From: Camelus dromedarius
Lineage: Eukaryota
Length of the DNA stretch: 64,000 nt
NCBI RefSeq assembly: GCF_036321535.1
Contig: NC_087436.1
Coordinates: forward strand, 21,392,001-21,456,000
Direction: 5' to 3'
Both the position numbers and the translations under genes were made by a program. Position 1 is the stretch's first letter. The number at the start of each line of letters is the position of its first letter. The notes beneath the pieces were generated by a model. That model had not been told where the DNA came from, did not search any database, and worked only from the letters and a program-made list of their open reading frames with translations. Positions 12,946-26,345 of the stretch are shown one piece after another.

Positions 12946-14107
12946 AAGTAATTAAAGTTTTTTTCTGAATTAAAAAAAAATGACTGCTATGCAAAATGTC
13001 ATCACTATACCATGTGAATATTTCTGGCTCTTCTTACTACTGAGATAATTAAGAAAGAACTAGTTTCCTAAAAATAAAATTTAAAAAACAATGAAAGTAA
13101 TTGTCAAAGCTAGCAAAGGTGAAATGCAGTATAGATGTGTATACATGCATATATACGTATATGTGTGTATAATATATAAAAATACGTAATTAATAATATA
13201 TGCATATATATTTTTCTCTGAATCCTGTGTTTATGACAGAATGCTATTAATTTTGTGGCAAAGTGCTCATGAGAATTATTTTAAGATCTATCTTCCTTCT
13301 TTATTTCTCTGAGTAAGTGTCTGAAAAGGGAAGAAGGTTGACTCAGCTAGAGTTGGATGCAACCCTCACCAACCCATCAAATTCACTAATAAATGGGCAT
13401 TTAAAATAGTCTGGACAAGTTAAGTAATTTTGGCCTGAGTGCTAACGAGCTAGATCATCGTCTGCTTGTACCACTCCCTGGTGTTAGGCTAGACATTTAG
13501 AGAAGCTGTCAGAAGTCACGATGTGCCGCCTGTGTGTGTGATGACAGCCCTGGTGCCCACCCTTGTGGAGGCACGAGCCTCCGGTGTCTTCCTAGCAGTG
13601 GAGAGGTTTCTCCTCAATTCCTCACATTCCTAGGTCGACCCTCCTGGGATCAATGCCGTGTATTTCTGAGGCATTTTGTCAGGGAGACATTTTGTTCCTT
13701 GCAAACCTAACTGGTCTTGTATGGAGAACACAGACGTGGTAATTTAAGAAAATAACCTTAGAGATCTAAATCAACGTGGGTTCCCAAAAAGCACTTCCTC
13801 TTTCTCCTCAGAGAATCTAACACAGTGAAATTAAATAGTCAACACCAGATCCACAGCTTCACCATTTTATTCCTTCTCCAAATTTCTATTTTAAGAAATT
13901 TCAATCCCACAGGAAAGTGGAAGCAATAGGACAATGAACACTTGTATACCCTCTCTCTAGATTCAAACATTGATGCATTTTGCCACATTGGACCATTTGA
14001 AAGTAAATTTCAGACATGAGGGCCGGAATTCTTCAACATGCACCTCCTGAGAACAAGACTTTCTTCCATCATTTCATTATTGTGCTTAAGACAATTAACA
14101 GTAGTGC

Positions 14108-14829
14108 CACTGGTGGGAATGCAATTTGGTGCAGCCACTGTGGAAAACAGTATGGAGATTCCTCAAAAGACTAGGAATAGACTTACCGTATGACCCAGGA
14201 ATCCCACTCCTGGGCATATATCCAGAAGGAACCCTACTTCAGGATGACACCTGCACCCCAATGTTCATAGCAGCACTATTTACAATAGCCAAGACATGGG
14301 AACAGCCTAAATGTCCATCAACAGATGACTGGATAAAGAAGAAGTGGTATATTTATACAATGGAATACTATTCAGCCATAAAAACCGACAACATGACGCC
14401 ATTTGCAGCAACATGGATGCACCTGGAGAATGTCATTCTAAGTGAAGCAAGCCAGAAAGAGAAAGAAAAATACCATATGAGATCGCTCATATGTAGAATA
14501 TAAAAAAAAAAAACCAAAAAACCAAACCAAACAAACAAAGCATAAATACAAAACAGAAACAGACCCATAGACATAGAATACAAACTTGTGGTGGCCAAGG
14601 GGGTGGAGGGTAGGAAGGGATAGACGAGATTTCAAAATTGTTGACTAGATAAACAAGATTATACTGTATAGCACAGGGAAATATACATAAGATCTTACGG
14701 TAGCTCACAGAGAAAAAAATGTGACAATGTATATATATGTTCATGTATGACTGAAAAATTGTGCTCTACACTGGAATTTAACACAACATTCTAAAATGAT
14801 TATAAATTAATAAAAAATGTTAAAAAAAA
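14108..14829 (+). mobile_element. Young 5'-truncated L1: ORF2 C-terminus + 3'UTR + poly(A)
   Basis: ORF 14126..14503 ([12 protein letters not shown]...[12 protein letters not shown]...CTPMFIAALFTIAKTW...EYYSAIK) is the LINE-1 ORF2p C-terminal segment, open to its stop. Confidence 0.95.
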
Positions 14830-15049
14830 GAAATTCATACTTACTCAAATATATATTTAGTCTTTTAAATCATATTTATCTTTGTCGATACTACATTACT
14901 TGGTAGTATTTACGTAAGTAGCTTTGTAACAGCTTCTAGTTGTGTTATGCTTATGTATGTGTGCTTTCCCTAAAAGAATTGCTTATATATTCTTTCCCTA
15001 TTTTACGACTCAGTTTTAAAACCTTATTTTTCTGATATTATTCATAGTC

Positions 15050-15420
15050 GCTGGTAGTATATATTGAAGTCATCTTTTTGGAGGGCAATTTTGAAAGCAT
15101 CTATCAACATTTAAAATATAGATACCCTTTGACTGACAATTGTGTACTTAGGAATTTATCCAGAAGAAACATTTGTACTAATGAATAAGAATATATGTAC
15201 AAGGATAGTAATTGTAACAGTATTTGTAATAGCCCCAAATTATTGACAATATAAAGGTACACTCAGAAAAGGCTGACTGAATCTTGGTAAATCCACAATA
15301 TGGAAATTTCTGCAGTTGAATAAAATCAAGTAGGTCTCAAAATACCCATGAGACGAAAAAATTCATGAAAGATTAAGTGCTATATTATCTAATCTTATTT
15401 TGTTTAAAATGTTTATATAT
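15050..15420 (+). mobile_element. Ancient L1ME-like fragment
   Basis: Degenerate ORF2-end motifs TTTTGGAGGGCAATTTTG and CCCTTTGAC...CTTAGGAATTTATCC. Confidence 0.55.
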
Positions 15421-17834
15421 GCATACATATTTTATATGTTTAATTGGTACATAGATATGCATTTATATATATTATATATATTTGTATATGTGTGGGAGAC
15501 AATCTTGAAGGTAAAAGTTATAGTAAAATAATTGTGTATACTTAAGATTAAGTTTTCTTCCTTTAAGAAATTTAAAATTTGTTTTCTTTAGTTGCAGGTT
15601 TTGGAGATGGGAAAGGAGAATTCTTCCCTTTTTACTTTGTAAACTTTATGTGTTTTATTTTGCAATGAGAGCATGTTGCTTTTATAACTAAAAATGTAAC
15701 AAAGATTTTAAGGCTTTCATATCAAAATAAATTATATATATCAAAATTATTTTCAGAGAATTTAGAGAAAAGTGTGAAAGTCCAACCTTTTAAAGAAAAT
15801 AGACATAAATATTTATCAGTTTAAAGTTAAGGAAAAATAGAGACTTTCACAAATTTTGCACTTCCACGTGTAAACCAATGGCTCCCCTAATTAAAAACTC
15901 TGTGCTTAATTATAGTTTTCAATGTTTGGTTGAGAGGTTTTGCTAAAGCAAATTAAACAACAGTTTAAAAGAGTTTCAAAACAAGATGAAAAAGTGCTGA
16001 TAACGTTGCATCATAAGAACATCTTTGCTAATGTTTTAAAAAGAAGAAGGAAAGGAGGCTGTTGGTGACTGGTCTCCAATTAGAGTGTCATAAAAGCAGG
16101 AAAGGTTTGGAAGAGGGCCACTGTCAGGGAGCCTGGGGCCGTACAGGGTTGTGGTGGGTAGGGCAGGAGGAAACATCTGGAATATAGGTTATTGTGTTAC
16201 CAAGTAGTCTCTTCCTTTTTCTGTCTGGCCACGTGCAAAAGCCCCAAGGGAGACCAGAATGGAACAGCCATTTCAGAGGAACATCTGGTAGACCAGCCAC
16301 CTTCTCAGGGTGGCCAGCTTGCATCTCAGGGTAAAGGAAGCAGGCCGCGGTCGGGAGGAAAGTGTTGTGGCTTTTGTCACCACCCTGACACTGAAAAGCC
16401 CTGAGAGGGCCTAAAAGGGAGAGAAGACTGAGGGTCAGTGAGGGAGCAACCAAGCCAGGAGACAGTGATTAGATTTCAGCCAAACAGTCAATAACCGGGA
16501 AGGAACACTGAGAAAAGTTGTAGGCTGCCCACATTTCTTTGACTGAGGCTAATTTTGCTTTCAATAGAAGGTTGGCTCTTGGGACCACTAGTGAAACTTT
16601 ATACCCATAGATGTTCCCCTCCTAAATGAAAAGCTCTATTTTGTTGTGGTGATGATATTTAGAAGCATAATTGAGTGGAAGAACATGCTGAGATCTTAAC
16701 CCCAGTAACACACTTGTGAATGGCCTCATCTTGAAAACCATGAGGTCACAATCTAACCGTAACTCCTGTTACAGATGATCTGGCTTAGGGTGGGCCAAAG
16801 ACATTGCCTCTGATTTCTGATTTCCTCTTAAACTCTGCCAGGCTGATTGACTGAAGCAGCCAACACCCAATCTGTTCTAATCGCATCTATATTTTGGGCA
16901 CAGCAATAAAAAGATGTATGGATTACCCTCCCATCCTATTTCTTCCGGTTCTCTTGGGCCCCAGGTGGGGTCCACACATAATCAGAACTCTCCTCCTGCA
17001 ATGAGGTAGCAGAAGCTGGAATGGTTAAGGGAGGCTCTGAATCAACATGCAACAGAGCTGGGTCCAGTCTGGTTGCTATTTGTGGGGAGGCTGAGGAGCG
17101 GAGTTAATTCTAGGCATTGCCCTGAACAGGCAAGATTGCCATGTGCAGAGCCTAGTGTGTCCGAGTTAGGCTGCATCTTGCTTGGCTGCCACTGTGTGTG
17201 TATGTGTGTATGTGTACAAGTAACTTTCACTATAAGTCTCGGGAAATTACGGAGTGCTAATCATTTACAAATAGAGATTCTACAGTGTAGACTCAGTTTT
17301 TTTCACTGCATCTTTTACTTTCTAAAGTTTGGACCAGCCTTCTTCAGATCTGCCTTCTTCTAGTTTGTTGCAGTTTCCCAAAGGTTGGCTGCTGCTCAGC
17401 AGGTTTTCCAGTTAAAACTGAACTAAAATCCCTCATTCTCTCGAGGCTACCCAGCCTCCCACTGACTCTGACTTAGGCTGTGCGTTCTGCTCCAAGGCTG
17501 TCCCTCCTGCCCGCTCTGCCTGAGGGTATGGTGCTAACTGTTAGCTTATGTTGGATATTAACAGGTTGAGAATTCACAGGCTATATTCTGGACGCTTTTT
17601 TTCAGTCTGTTTTCGTTTCAAGGTGTTTCCTGCACACTTGAGCAGCTTTTTGTACTTACAGTGCAGCTTGGTTAAGGAAAGGTGGCATTCTTTAACTTTA
17701 TTTTCTTCTTGTCTGGCTAACAGGATTGGTAGAAAATTAATTGCTTCTTCCTCCTTTTCAACCAGTATTTTTTTTTTTCTTGCAGCTGAGGCTCCTAATC
17801 AGCATATTAGCCACACTCTCTAAATTTATATAAT

Positions 17835-19600
17835 GCACGAATGATCCAGTTTCTCCACATCCTTGCCAGCATTTAGTATTGTCACTACTTTTAATTTTGG
17901 TTGTTCTGACAGGTATATAGTGATATCTCATTGTGGTTTTAATTTGTTTTAATATTAATTCCCTAAGGACTAATAATGTTGAACATCTTTCCATGTGCTT
18001 ATTTGCCATCTATGTTCTTCTTCAGTGAAAAATCTTTCATCCATTTCCTCACTGGATTTCTTTTTCCCTGTTGAGTTTTACAGACTCCTTATGTATCCTA
18101 GATACTAGTCCTTTGTTCAGTATGTACTTTGCAAATGTCTTCCCCAACCCTGTAGCTTGTCTGGTCACCCTCTTCGTGTGGGTACTCACAGAAGAAGATT
18201 TTAAATTTCGTGAGGTCCAGGTTACCAGCTTTTTTCTATAGTGAGTTGTCCTTTTGGTGTCAAGTCTAAGAACTCTTGGATAGCCCTACATCCTGAAGAT
18301 TTTTCTCTATGCATAGATTTGCATGTTTCACCAAATTTGGGACATTTTCAGCCATTATTTCTTCAAATGCCCTTTCAGCCCTACAGTCTTTCTCTGGTCC
18401 TCATGTAACCACGATAATAAGAATGTCGAGTTTTTGTTATTGTCCCACAAATAGTTGCCTCAAGTTCACCACTTCTGTCCTCTGTCATCTTTAATATTGA
18501 GCACACCCAGAGGGCTTTTAAATTTCTGTGACTGTATTTTTCAGTTTTATAATTTCTGTATGGTCTCTTTTTTCCAATAACTTCTGTTTCTTTGCAGAGA
18601 TTTTCTATTTTTTCATTTGTTACAAGAGAATTTGTTATTGATGAAGCGTTTTTTATAATTCTGTTTTCAAATCTTTGTCAGATGGCTCCAACCTTCGATT
18701 AGTCTTCGATTAGTCTTGATTGATTTTTCTTATTCAAACTGTAACTTTCTTGGTTCTTGGTTTGATGGTGATTCTCAGTTGTGTCCTGGACATTTTGCTA
18801 ATTATGTTGGCAAAACTCTGGGTCCCAGTTAAACCTTTTACTTTAGCAGGCGTTCACCCTGTTTGAGTTTTGCATGTAGCTCCTGGCCTACTTTTGTGGT
18901 CGGTGTTTCCAATGGTAGTTTAATTCCTAGGGCCTTTGTGGCGTTACTTTGGTGGGTTTGGTCTGTCAGTCCTCCAGGCTCCCCCATGCACCCTGCTGGT
19001 GCTGCCTGAGTGGGTGGAGGGGTGGTCTCCAGGCCTGGGTGGTGGGTGACTTTTGGTTTGGAAGGGTGTGGTAGGATGCCCCTAACAGTGCCCCATGGCC
19101 GCTTCAGTGTGTCTGGGCAAAGGACCGTTTAGGGCCCATGGGAATAAAGAGGCTTCTGGAACCGGGCTGTTTGTCAGAACTGTAGCCAGGTTTTTGCCAG
19201 TTCTGCTCACTCACCTCAGTTTCTCTTGACAGAAAATGGAAATCCCAGGTCCTGCGGGAAGGAAAGTGGCTCCCCTAGCTCAGGGCTCCCAATGGAGCCC
19301 CCTTGCCTGTGGAGTTGGGTTTGCCTGATGTTGTCAGAGAGACTCCTGTTCAACTTGGGGGAGGAATGAGCCTCCCTGTGCTGCCTTCCATTGCGAGGTC
19401 GGGAAAGAATCTGTCTGGTGACTTTCTTCTGTTGGGTGGGTGGGGGTGCAGGATGCTGTTCCTCTCATCCTGGGTCCCAGACCAGCTCACCTTCTCACCA
19501 CTTTTCAGAGTTCTCCTTTGGGTGCCTCTAGTGCCATTTCCAGAGTGCATAGTTGACCAGGAAAAAGTGACCATGCCATCTGGTCTATACTGGAAGTCCA
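17835..19600 (-). mobile_element. Old L1M fragments (ORF2 3' part followed by more 5' segments)
   Basis: ORF 17758..18009 resembles L1 ORF2 (MANKHMERCST...IKTTMRYHY.P.R..KIK...N.KCW). The adjacent sequence is L1-like. Confidence 0.7.
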
Positions 19601-20139
19601 TGTGTGTATGTTTTATGACTTCTGTTGTCCTCCTTCGAGATGCTAGGCTGGGACATGGAGGGAAGAAAACTACTTGATGCAGCAGACACACATTAAAGTA
19701 AGGGAAGAGTTACTTCTCACTGGCTTAGAATTTGATAATTCTTGTAACTTTATTTCCTGAAGATTCCCCCTTTATTTGCCTCAAAACATTATTTTCCACA
19801 AACCACCTTTTTTTGGCCCTTGTACAGATTTATACAACTGGCAGAGTATACTTTCTGCTCACAGTACCCCCAGAAACCACAGGATGTGCTGAACAGCGAG
19901 AATTAGGCTTCCTGTCTTGTCCCACTTCACCTGCACTTCTCCAGGCTGCAGGCAAAGTGTCTAGGAAGCCACGGCAAGCTCAGTACTTACCAGATTCAAC
20001 GACCCCCCAGACTCTAAAGTAATTGCAGATCTCATAGTTGTAAAGTAATATATACATAATAGACCATCAATAACTATCAGCTGGATGAATGAGTCATAAT
20101 TTCAATTCACATTTTTATTTTCTTTCTTTCCTTTTTAAA

Positions 20140-21155
20140 AAATTGAAGTATTTAGTTAATTTACAATGTTGTATTAGTTTCTGGTGTACAGCACTGTGAT
20201 TCAGTTTCATATATATATTACACATATATATGTATTCTTTTTCAGACTCTTTTTCAGACTCTTTTTCATTGTAGGTTATGATAAGAATGTAGTTCCCTGT
20301 GTTATATAGTAGAACCTTGATGTTTATCTATTTTATATATAGTAGTTTGTATCTGCTAATCCCAGACTCTTAATTTATCTCCCCCTCTGTTTCTCCTTTG
20401 GAAACTATCAATTTGTTTCCTATGTCTATGATTCTATTTCTGTTTTATAAATACATTTATTTGTATCATTTTTTATTCCACATAAAAATGATGTCCTATG
20501 ATATTTGTCTTCCTCTGACTGACTGACTTCATTTTGTATGATAATCACTGGGTCCATCTATGTTGCTGCAAATGATGCTATTTCATTCTTTTTGTATATA
20601 TGTGTGTATGTATATATATACATATATATATACATACACACATATCACATCATCTTTATTCCATCATCTGTTAATGGACATTTAGGTTGCTTCCATGTTT
20701 TGGCTATTGTGAATAATGCTACTATGAATATTGGTGCACGTGTATCTTTTTGAATTAGAGGTTTTCCCTGGATATATACCCAGGAGTGGGATAGCTAGAT
20801 TATATGGTAATTTTATTTTTCATTTTTAACGGAATCTCCATACTGTTTTCCATAGTGGCTGCACCAAACTATATTCCCACCAGCAGTGTAGGAGGGCTCC
20901 CTTTTCTCCACATCCTCTCCAGCATTTATCATTTGTGGGCTTTTTAATGATGGCCATTCTGACTAGTATGAGGTGATAACATCATTGTAGTTTTGATTTG
21001 CATTTCTCTGATAATTAGTGATGTTGAGCATTTTTCATGTGCCTGTTGGCCATCTGTCTTCTTTGGAGTAATGTCTGTTTAGGTCTTCTGCCCATTTTTG
21101 GATTGGGTTGTTTGTTTTTTGTTATTGAGTTGTATGAGCTGTTTGTATATTCTGG
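20140..21155 (-). mobile_element. Cetartiodactyl L1 3' ~1 kb
   Basis: ATTGAAGTATTTAGTTAATTTACAATGTTGTATTAGTTTCTGGTGTACAGC..., GGTTGCTTCCATGTTTTGGCTATTGTGAATAATGCT, CCCAGGAGTGGGATAGCT. Confidence 0.9.
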
Positions 21156-23849
21156 CACATTTTTATTGGATTCTCATCTGAGCCCCCTTTTTCTTAAGTT
21201 GAGATCATCATTTATTCATAACTCAGTTGAATGTGTGTTGAGAACAGGCTGAATGCTCTGGCTGTGTGCTTCCACAGTTTCCTGCACTTCCCTTCATGCA
21301 AGGGATGTTGACCAGTGCAGCTCATTGAGCTTCTTATGAATGATGGGCCTTGAACCCCTGTTAGCTTAAGCAAACAGCTGACTTTAGGAATATGTAGAAA
21401 GACATTCATTAAAAGGAGCAATCAGCAAATCTGGGGAGTTAGGGAGCTGGAATTCCCTCCTCACCCCAAAGCCTCAGGATGCCCTCAGGGACCATCTTTA
21501 GTTTAGTGCATGTGTAGTCTGGATGTGAGGCTCCCAGGATTCTTCTCAAGGACCTCAAACATGAGGAACTGATATCTGAACTTATTCAGCTTCCCAAGAA
21601 TTCATAGTCAACCTCAAATGGAGTGCTACCAAACACACCACACTTCGTTTTACCTGTGGAATACCACCCTAGAGGTATTCACGATGCAGGCATGCCATTG
21701 AAATGAACCCTCACTGAACACCTCAACTTCGATCATAGGATGCATCGGATTTTGCTGTCATTGCTTATTCGATCATATCACTTATCCAACTAGACTTATA
21801 GCAATGGGCAAAGAGAACGGTTTTGCTCTCCATTTTCTCTTTGGTAGCTAACACAGTGCCTGACACACAGTGGGTGTTATTATTTAATAAGTAACTATTT
21901 CAGACACTGATAGGGGCAAGAAGGAGTCAAAAATGTGAGAGGATAGGTTGTTCCCCCAAGAACTTATAACTTTGGTGAGGAAGGTGAATGGGGAAATAAC
22001 TAACAGTAGTGTAAGTCATTACAAGAAATGCTAGGAAGAGATTAAAATGATCAGCCCTGCTAGTTTCCAACACAAGGAAGTTAATTACTAATTATGGGAT
22101 CGAGGAAGGCTTTACAAAGGAAGTGACTTTCAGCTGCATCTGGAAATCATGCAGTCTAGGAGATGGTAGATTCCTTTTCCAGAGTGCATCCTCCTTTTCC
22201 TCACTTCTGTTCTTTTTCCTGAAAGGAGAAATATTTACAAAGTCTTCCGGTTACTAAGGGTCTGCTTCCTGGGGAAAGTCCTGAGTAGCATTCAATGATG
22301 GAAAAACAAGAACCTCTGTAGGATAATAGTAGATCCAGATCTGAGTGCTAAGTCTGGAGGGAAAATATTAACCACGTTTTCAACCCAAATACTATTCCAG
22401 GGCCTTTGGGAGTCTCTTTGTTTTGGTTTAAGCAATTTGTTTTTGGCTCAAAAGTAATCTCAGATGGTAGCAGCATTTCTAATTAGGTTTTAGTCCTGCT
22501 GACTGTAATCTATTTAAGGGTGTGAACATTTTTTTTTTTCTTAATTGGATTCACAGTGTTTCTGAATTCTCCAATGACCAACAGAAATTGTATAGACTTC
22601 AGTAATTGGATTTTCCAACTGAAGGGCTATTAACTCTTTCAAGGAGAGAAAATATATAACAAATCGAACGCTGTTGATTGAATTGAACGCTGTTATTTTA
22701 CTAAAGGACTGCACATTTTTGTAAAATATTTTGCTAAAATATTACCAAGTGTTTTGGGGCCATCTCACTGATTTCCACTCAGAACCTGGTTGAAAAGGTG
22801 GGAAAGAAACAAATCAGATTGTTTTTCTTTACATGATTTCTTCATCACAGAAAGGTTAGGGGACTTACGATTTATCACACAGCAGATCAGGAGCAGAATC
22901 ATTAACTTTATCTTGCATTGCGTGCTTACTTTGTGGTTATAAAAAAGCTTTGAAAACCTTTGCCCCTAATAATAATTAGAGTTTTCACTAACCACCCAGA
23001 AAATAAGGGTGTGGGGAATAAGGCATTAAAGATGAGTGTGCTGAGAAAGGCGAGAGAGGGTGGGGAAGTTGAAGGCTGCCTAAGGGAAATGATTTCTTGA
23101 GGCACTCTCTAAGCCCATGCCACCAAAATGTCAGAAGAGGCTGTGACCCTGGGGCAAGGGGTGGACTGGAAAAGAGCTGTGGCATAGCTAACTCACGAGG
23201 GTCAGCTGAATGAACTGAACATTTCCAGGTCTTTCCTTCCTCTACCGAAAGTAGTTGATGTATCATTATCTTCAACAAAATTTGTTGGGGTCAAGACGTT
23301 TATTGTCTGTACCTCATAATTAGCTCTCATCTACTCTGTGTAGTGTGGTTTACATGGGCATCTCCGCAAATAGACTGTAGTCTCTTCAGGGGCAAGGACC
23401 AATGCTTAGAGACTGTATCCCCACGGGATCCTATAGAATTCCTTCTAAACTCGTGAGGAAGTCAGTAAATACCTTCTGATGGTATTTCATTTAACTTAGA
23501 TGCAAGGGATGTCCAGCGCGTTTATCTCGGGGTCAAACATTTCCCATTTTTTGAGAATCGATGTCCTCCCCTTTTGCACCTGTGAATTATCAGAGGGGGC
23601 ATCAGAGCCATGACTTCACTTTGATATTCTCCCTGATAGGCCAAGTGGAGCCAACGAGAGTCCTTCTCTTGGAGATTTGGCCTTTGAGACAAGGAGGAAA
23701 AAGACATTAGATTTTCCTGCCAATGGAAACCCATTAACCAAAGAAGCAAGACCCACAACGTCCCTGGTTCCTGGACGTGGCACACACTAGCCTGACCACC
23801 ACTCTCAAACACCGCAATTTCCCTCCAGTGTCAGCAGACGATTCCCTGA

Positions 23850-24300
23850 TCACATGAAAAATAGTCCCAACTTCCAGTCTAGGGATGGTCCTAAATCTAT
23901 AACCCAGTTCTATCCAATGATAATCATAAACTCGGTTCTGTCTAATGAGGCATAACAGGGTCTTCTATAAAATACTTATTGCTCCTTGAGAAAAAGAGAT
24001 AGAATAATTGGTTGTTCTCTGCCCTGGCCACCATCCTCACCCCCTGCTCCCTGCCTGGTGTTAAGGCAGCTGTCTTGTGACCATGAGGTCACCAAGCACA
24101 AGAGTGGCTGGCATACCGAGGCTGGTAAAATGAAAGAATGGAAAGGGTCTGGCTCCTTGATGACATTGTTAAGTGGCAGAGCCAGCCCTGGAATATCTGG
24201 AATGTTATTTTGTCTAATAATTAAATGTCTTTTTTCCTAAGGCCACTCTTAGTCAGATTTTTTTTGTTATTTGCAGTAAAATATATCCTAAGGATAGACC
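23850..24300. mobile_element. Old MaLR LTR (MLT1-type)
   Basis: GCAGCTGTCTTGTGACCATGAGG...TCCTTGATGACATTGTTAAG...TGTTATTTGCAG. Confidence 0.55.
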
Positions 24301-26159
24301 ATATGACCCAGATCTTCCTTGAATTTTATTAGATTCACTAATATACTTCCTATAGATTCTTTTTCCCCCTTGGATAACTAGAGTAAATTTCTATCTTGTG
24401 CAGCCAAAGAAGCATTAACTTCTCATATAGGCTTCTTAACCTATTATATATGCTTTTCACAAAATATTTGAGGCTTTTCTTTGTATCATAGGAGGAAGTC
24501 AGGAAAAATGTTTATCCAAATACAAAGAGCATTTGTTTCCTATGCTTCCTGGAGTGTTTTCCTTTGCAATTTGACTTAACTCTGGATGAAAGCAACAGTA
24601 AAGTCAGAATCGCCTGTTGCTCTCATCCTCTCAGCTTTGAGAATTGCACAAGACAGTTGAGAGTATTCAAGTGTAGCTTCATCAAAGACAGGTGCTCTTG
24701 CTAAAGGGAATGCAATTCAGACTTATCTTTTTTTTCACCACCCTTTATATGTCACCTGAGTTGAGAGTAGAGTTTAGATACGAATATGTAGCAAAGAGCA
24801 TTTCAAACTGGTGTATCTCCTTTTTAAAGAGATAAGGTAACTTTTAATAAAAGCCACAAAAACATTCATGTCCTCTGACCAAGTAATTCTACGCTAGAGA
24901 ATTTTTCCTAAGGAAATATTTTGACAGATGTAGGGCAGATGTTTCTATCTGTAGTAGGAAAAAAAAAAAAAACACTGAAAAAGGAAAACATTAACTATTC
25001 AACAATAAGAAGATAATATAGTTAATTACAGTGTATCAGCAAGAGGGACTACAACCATTGAATATAATAATTGTGTAAGCAAGGTAAGAATATAGAACAT
25101 GTTTGTGATACCTTTTTTTAAAACACAATACATAGTGATATGTAAACTATGATTGCAATTATAGATAAGCTCGGGAAGGTATATGAAAAAATAAAAAAAA
25201 AGTTTTTGGAGTTAGGTGGAATTGAGGGCAATTTCTTTCATTTTTCCAGTGTGATTCCAATGTGTTTTGTTATTCACGCCAAGCATCATGTCATGCCAAA
25301 GTCATCACCTGTGCCTGGGAAAAAAGTTTTCCCTCTGTCCAAACCTCATGTGGGCTTAAGAATTTGCTTGTTTTATGTTCCTATGTTGAATAGTCTGAAC
25401 TATGGAAAAGTCTTGAGGAGTATATAGCTGAGAACTGACAGGACCATGATGACAAGGGGCATGAATGTTCAGAAAAGACTCTTCAGGGCCTTCGCAAGAT
25501 TGATGCCATATGGTCTAGGTGGTATCAGAGTGGCCTGCTTTCTTCCTAATCCATTATTTCTCCCTGTGGGCCACTGGGCGGCTATTCATCTCTTATCCTT
25601 GGAAAGGTTTCTGAGCCTAAGAAGTTCCCTCCTAGGCCTTTTGAAGTTCACTCATGTGGCTGTGGTTGTATTCAAGGGCATATCACACATACTGCCTGGA
25701 AAAGATCTCAATGAATAAAAGTAGTTCCTTCGCCTAGAATTTTGTAGTCCTTTTTTTGAAGAGAATGTAATTGGTACAATAGCACCATCCAGAAGATAGT
25801 TACATTTGTCCTTACTGATGAGGAGGGGCTGGAATATGATGAGGATGGGCAGGGCTGGGCTGAAACGACCTGGGAGTGAACTCATGGGTGAAGCAAACAC
25901 ATTTAATTCTCCTTCCATATTTATTCGTGTCTCTAAATAAGCTAAGAAACAACTCCATAACGATGGTCATGTTCAGTAATAAGAATGGACCGGTGTTAGA
26001 AGGAACCATGCCTTCAGCAGAGATGAATACAGCCCTGGAGGGAAACCTTGACATTGTGCGTAAGAATTCTCTGGGGCTAGCGTCCCAGCCACAAGAATGT
26101 AATTGCCTTTGGGGGCTGTGAGACTGAGCAGTGTCCATATAGAAACATATGTCTGAGGT

Positions 26160-26345
26160 ATGGCGGTTCTCGACGTTTGGAAATGTGGGGGCGAACTTGT
26201 GATGTCAGGATAACTGGGAGATGTTACTCAATTTGGTGAGCAAGGGCTAGGAACACTAATCTCTTGCAGTGTTGTAGACTGTCTTGAACAGTGAAGGATC
26301 GTCCTCCACAGAATTCCATTGATGCCCCTGTAGGAAAACACTAGA
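26160..26345. mobile_element. MER20/Charlie-like MITE, degraded
   Basis: GGTTCTC...TTTGGAAATGTGGGG...CAAGGGCTAGGAACACTAA...GAAAACACTAG. Confidence 0.45.

Noticed and set aside
14126..14503. 125-aa ORF as a host gene
   Set aside because: It is the LINE-1 ORF2p C-terminus of a 5'-truncated element with no promoter or RT domain.
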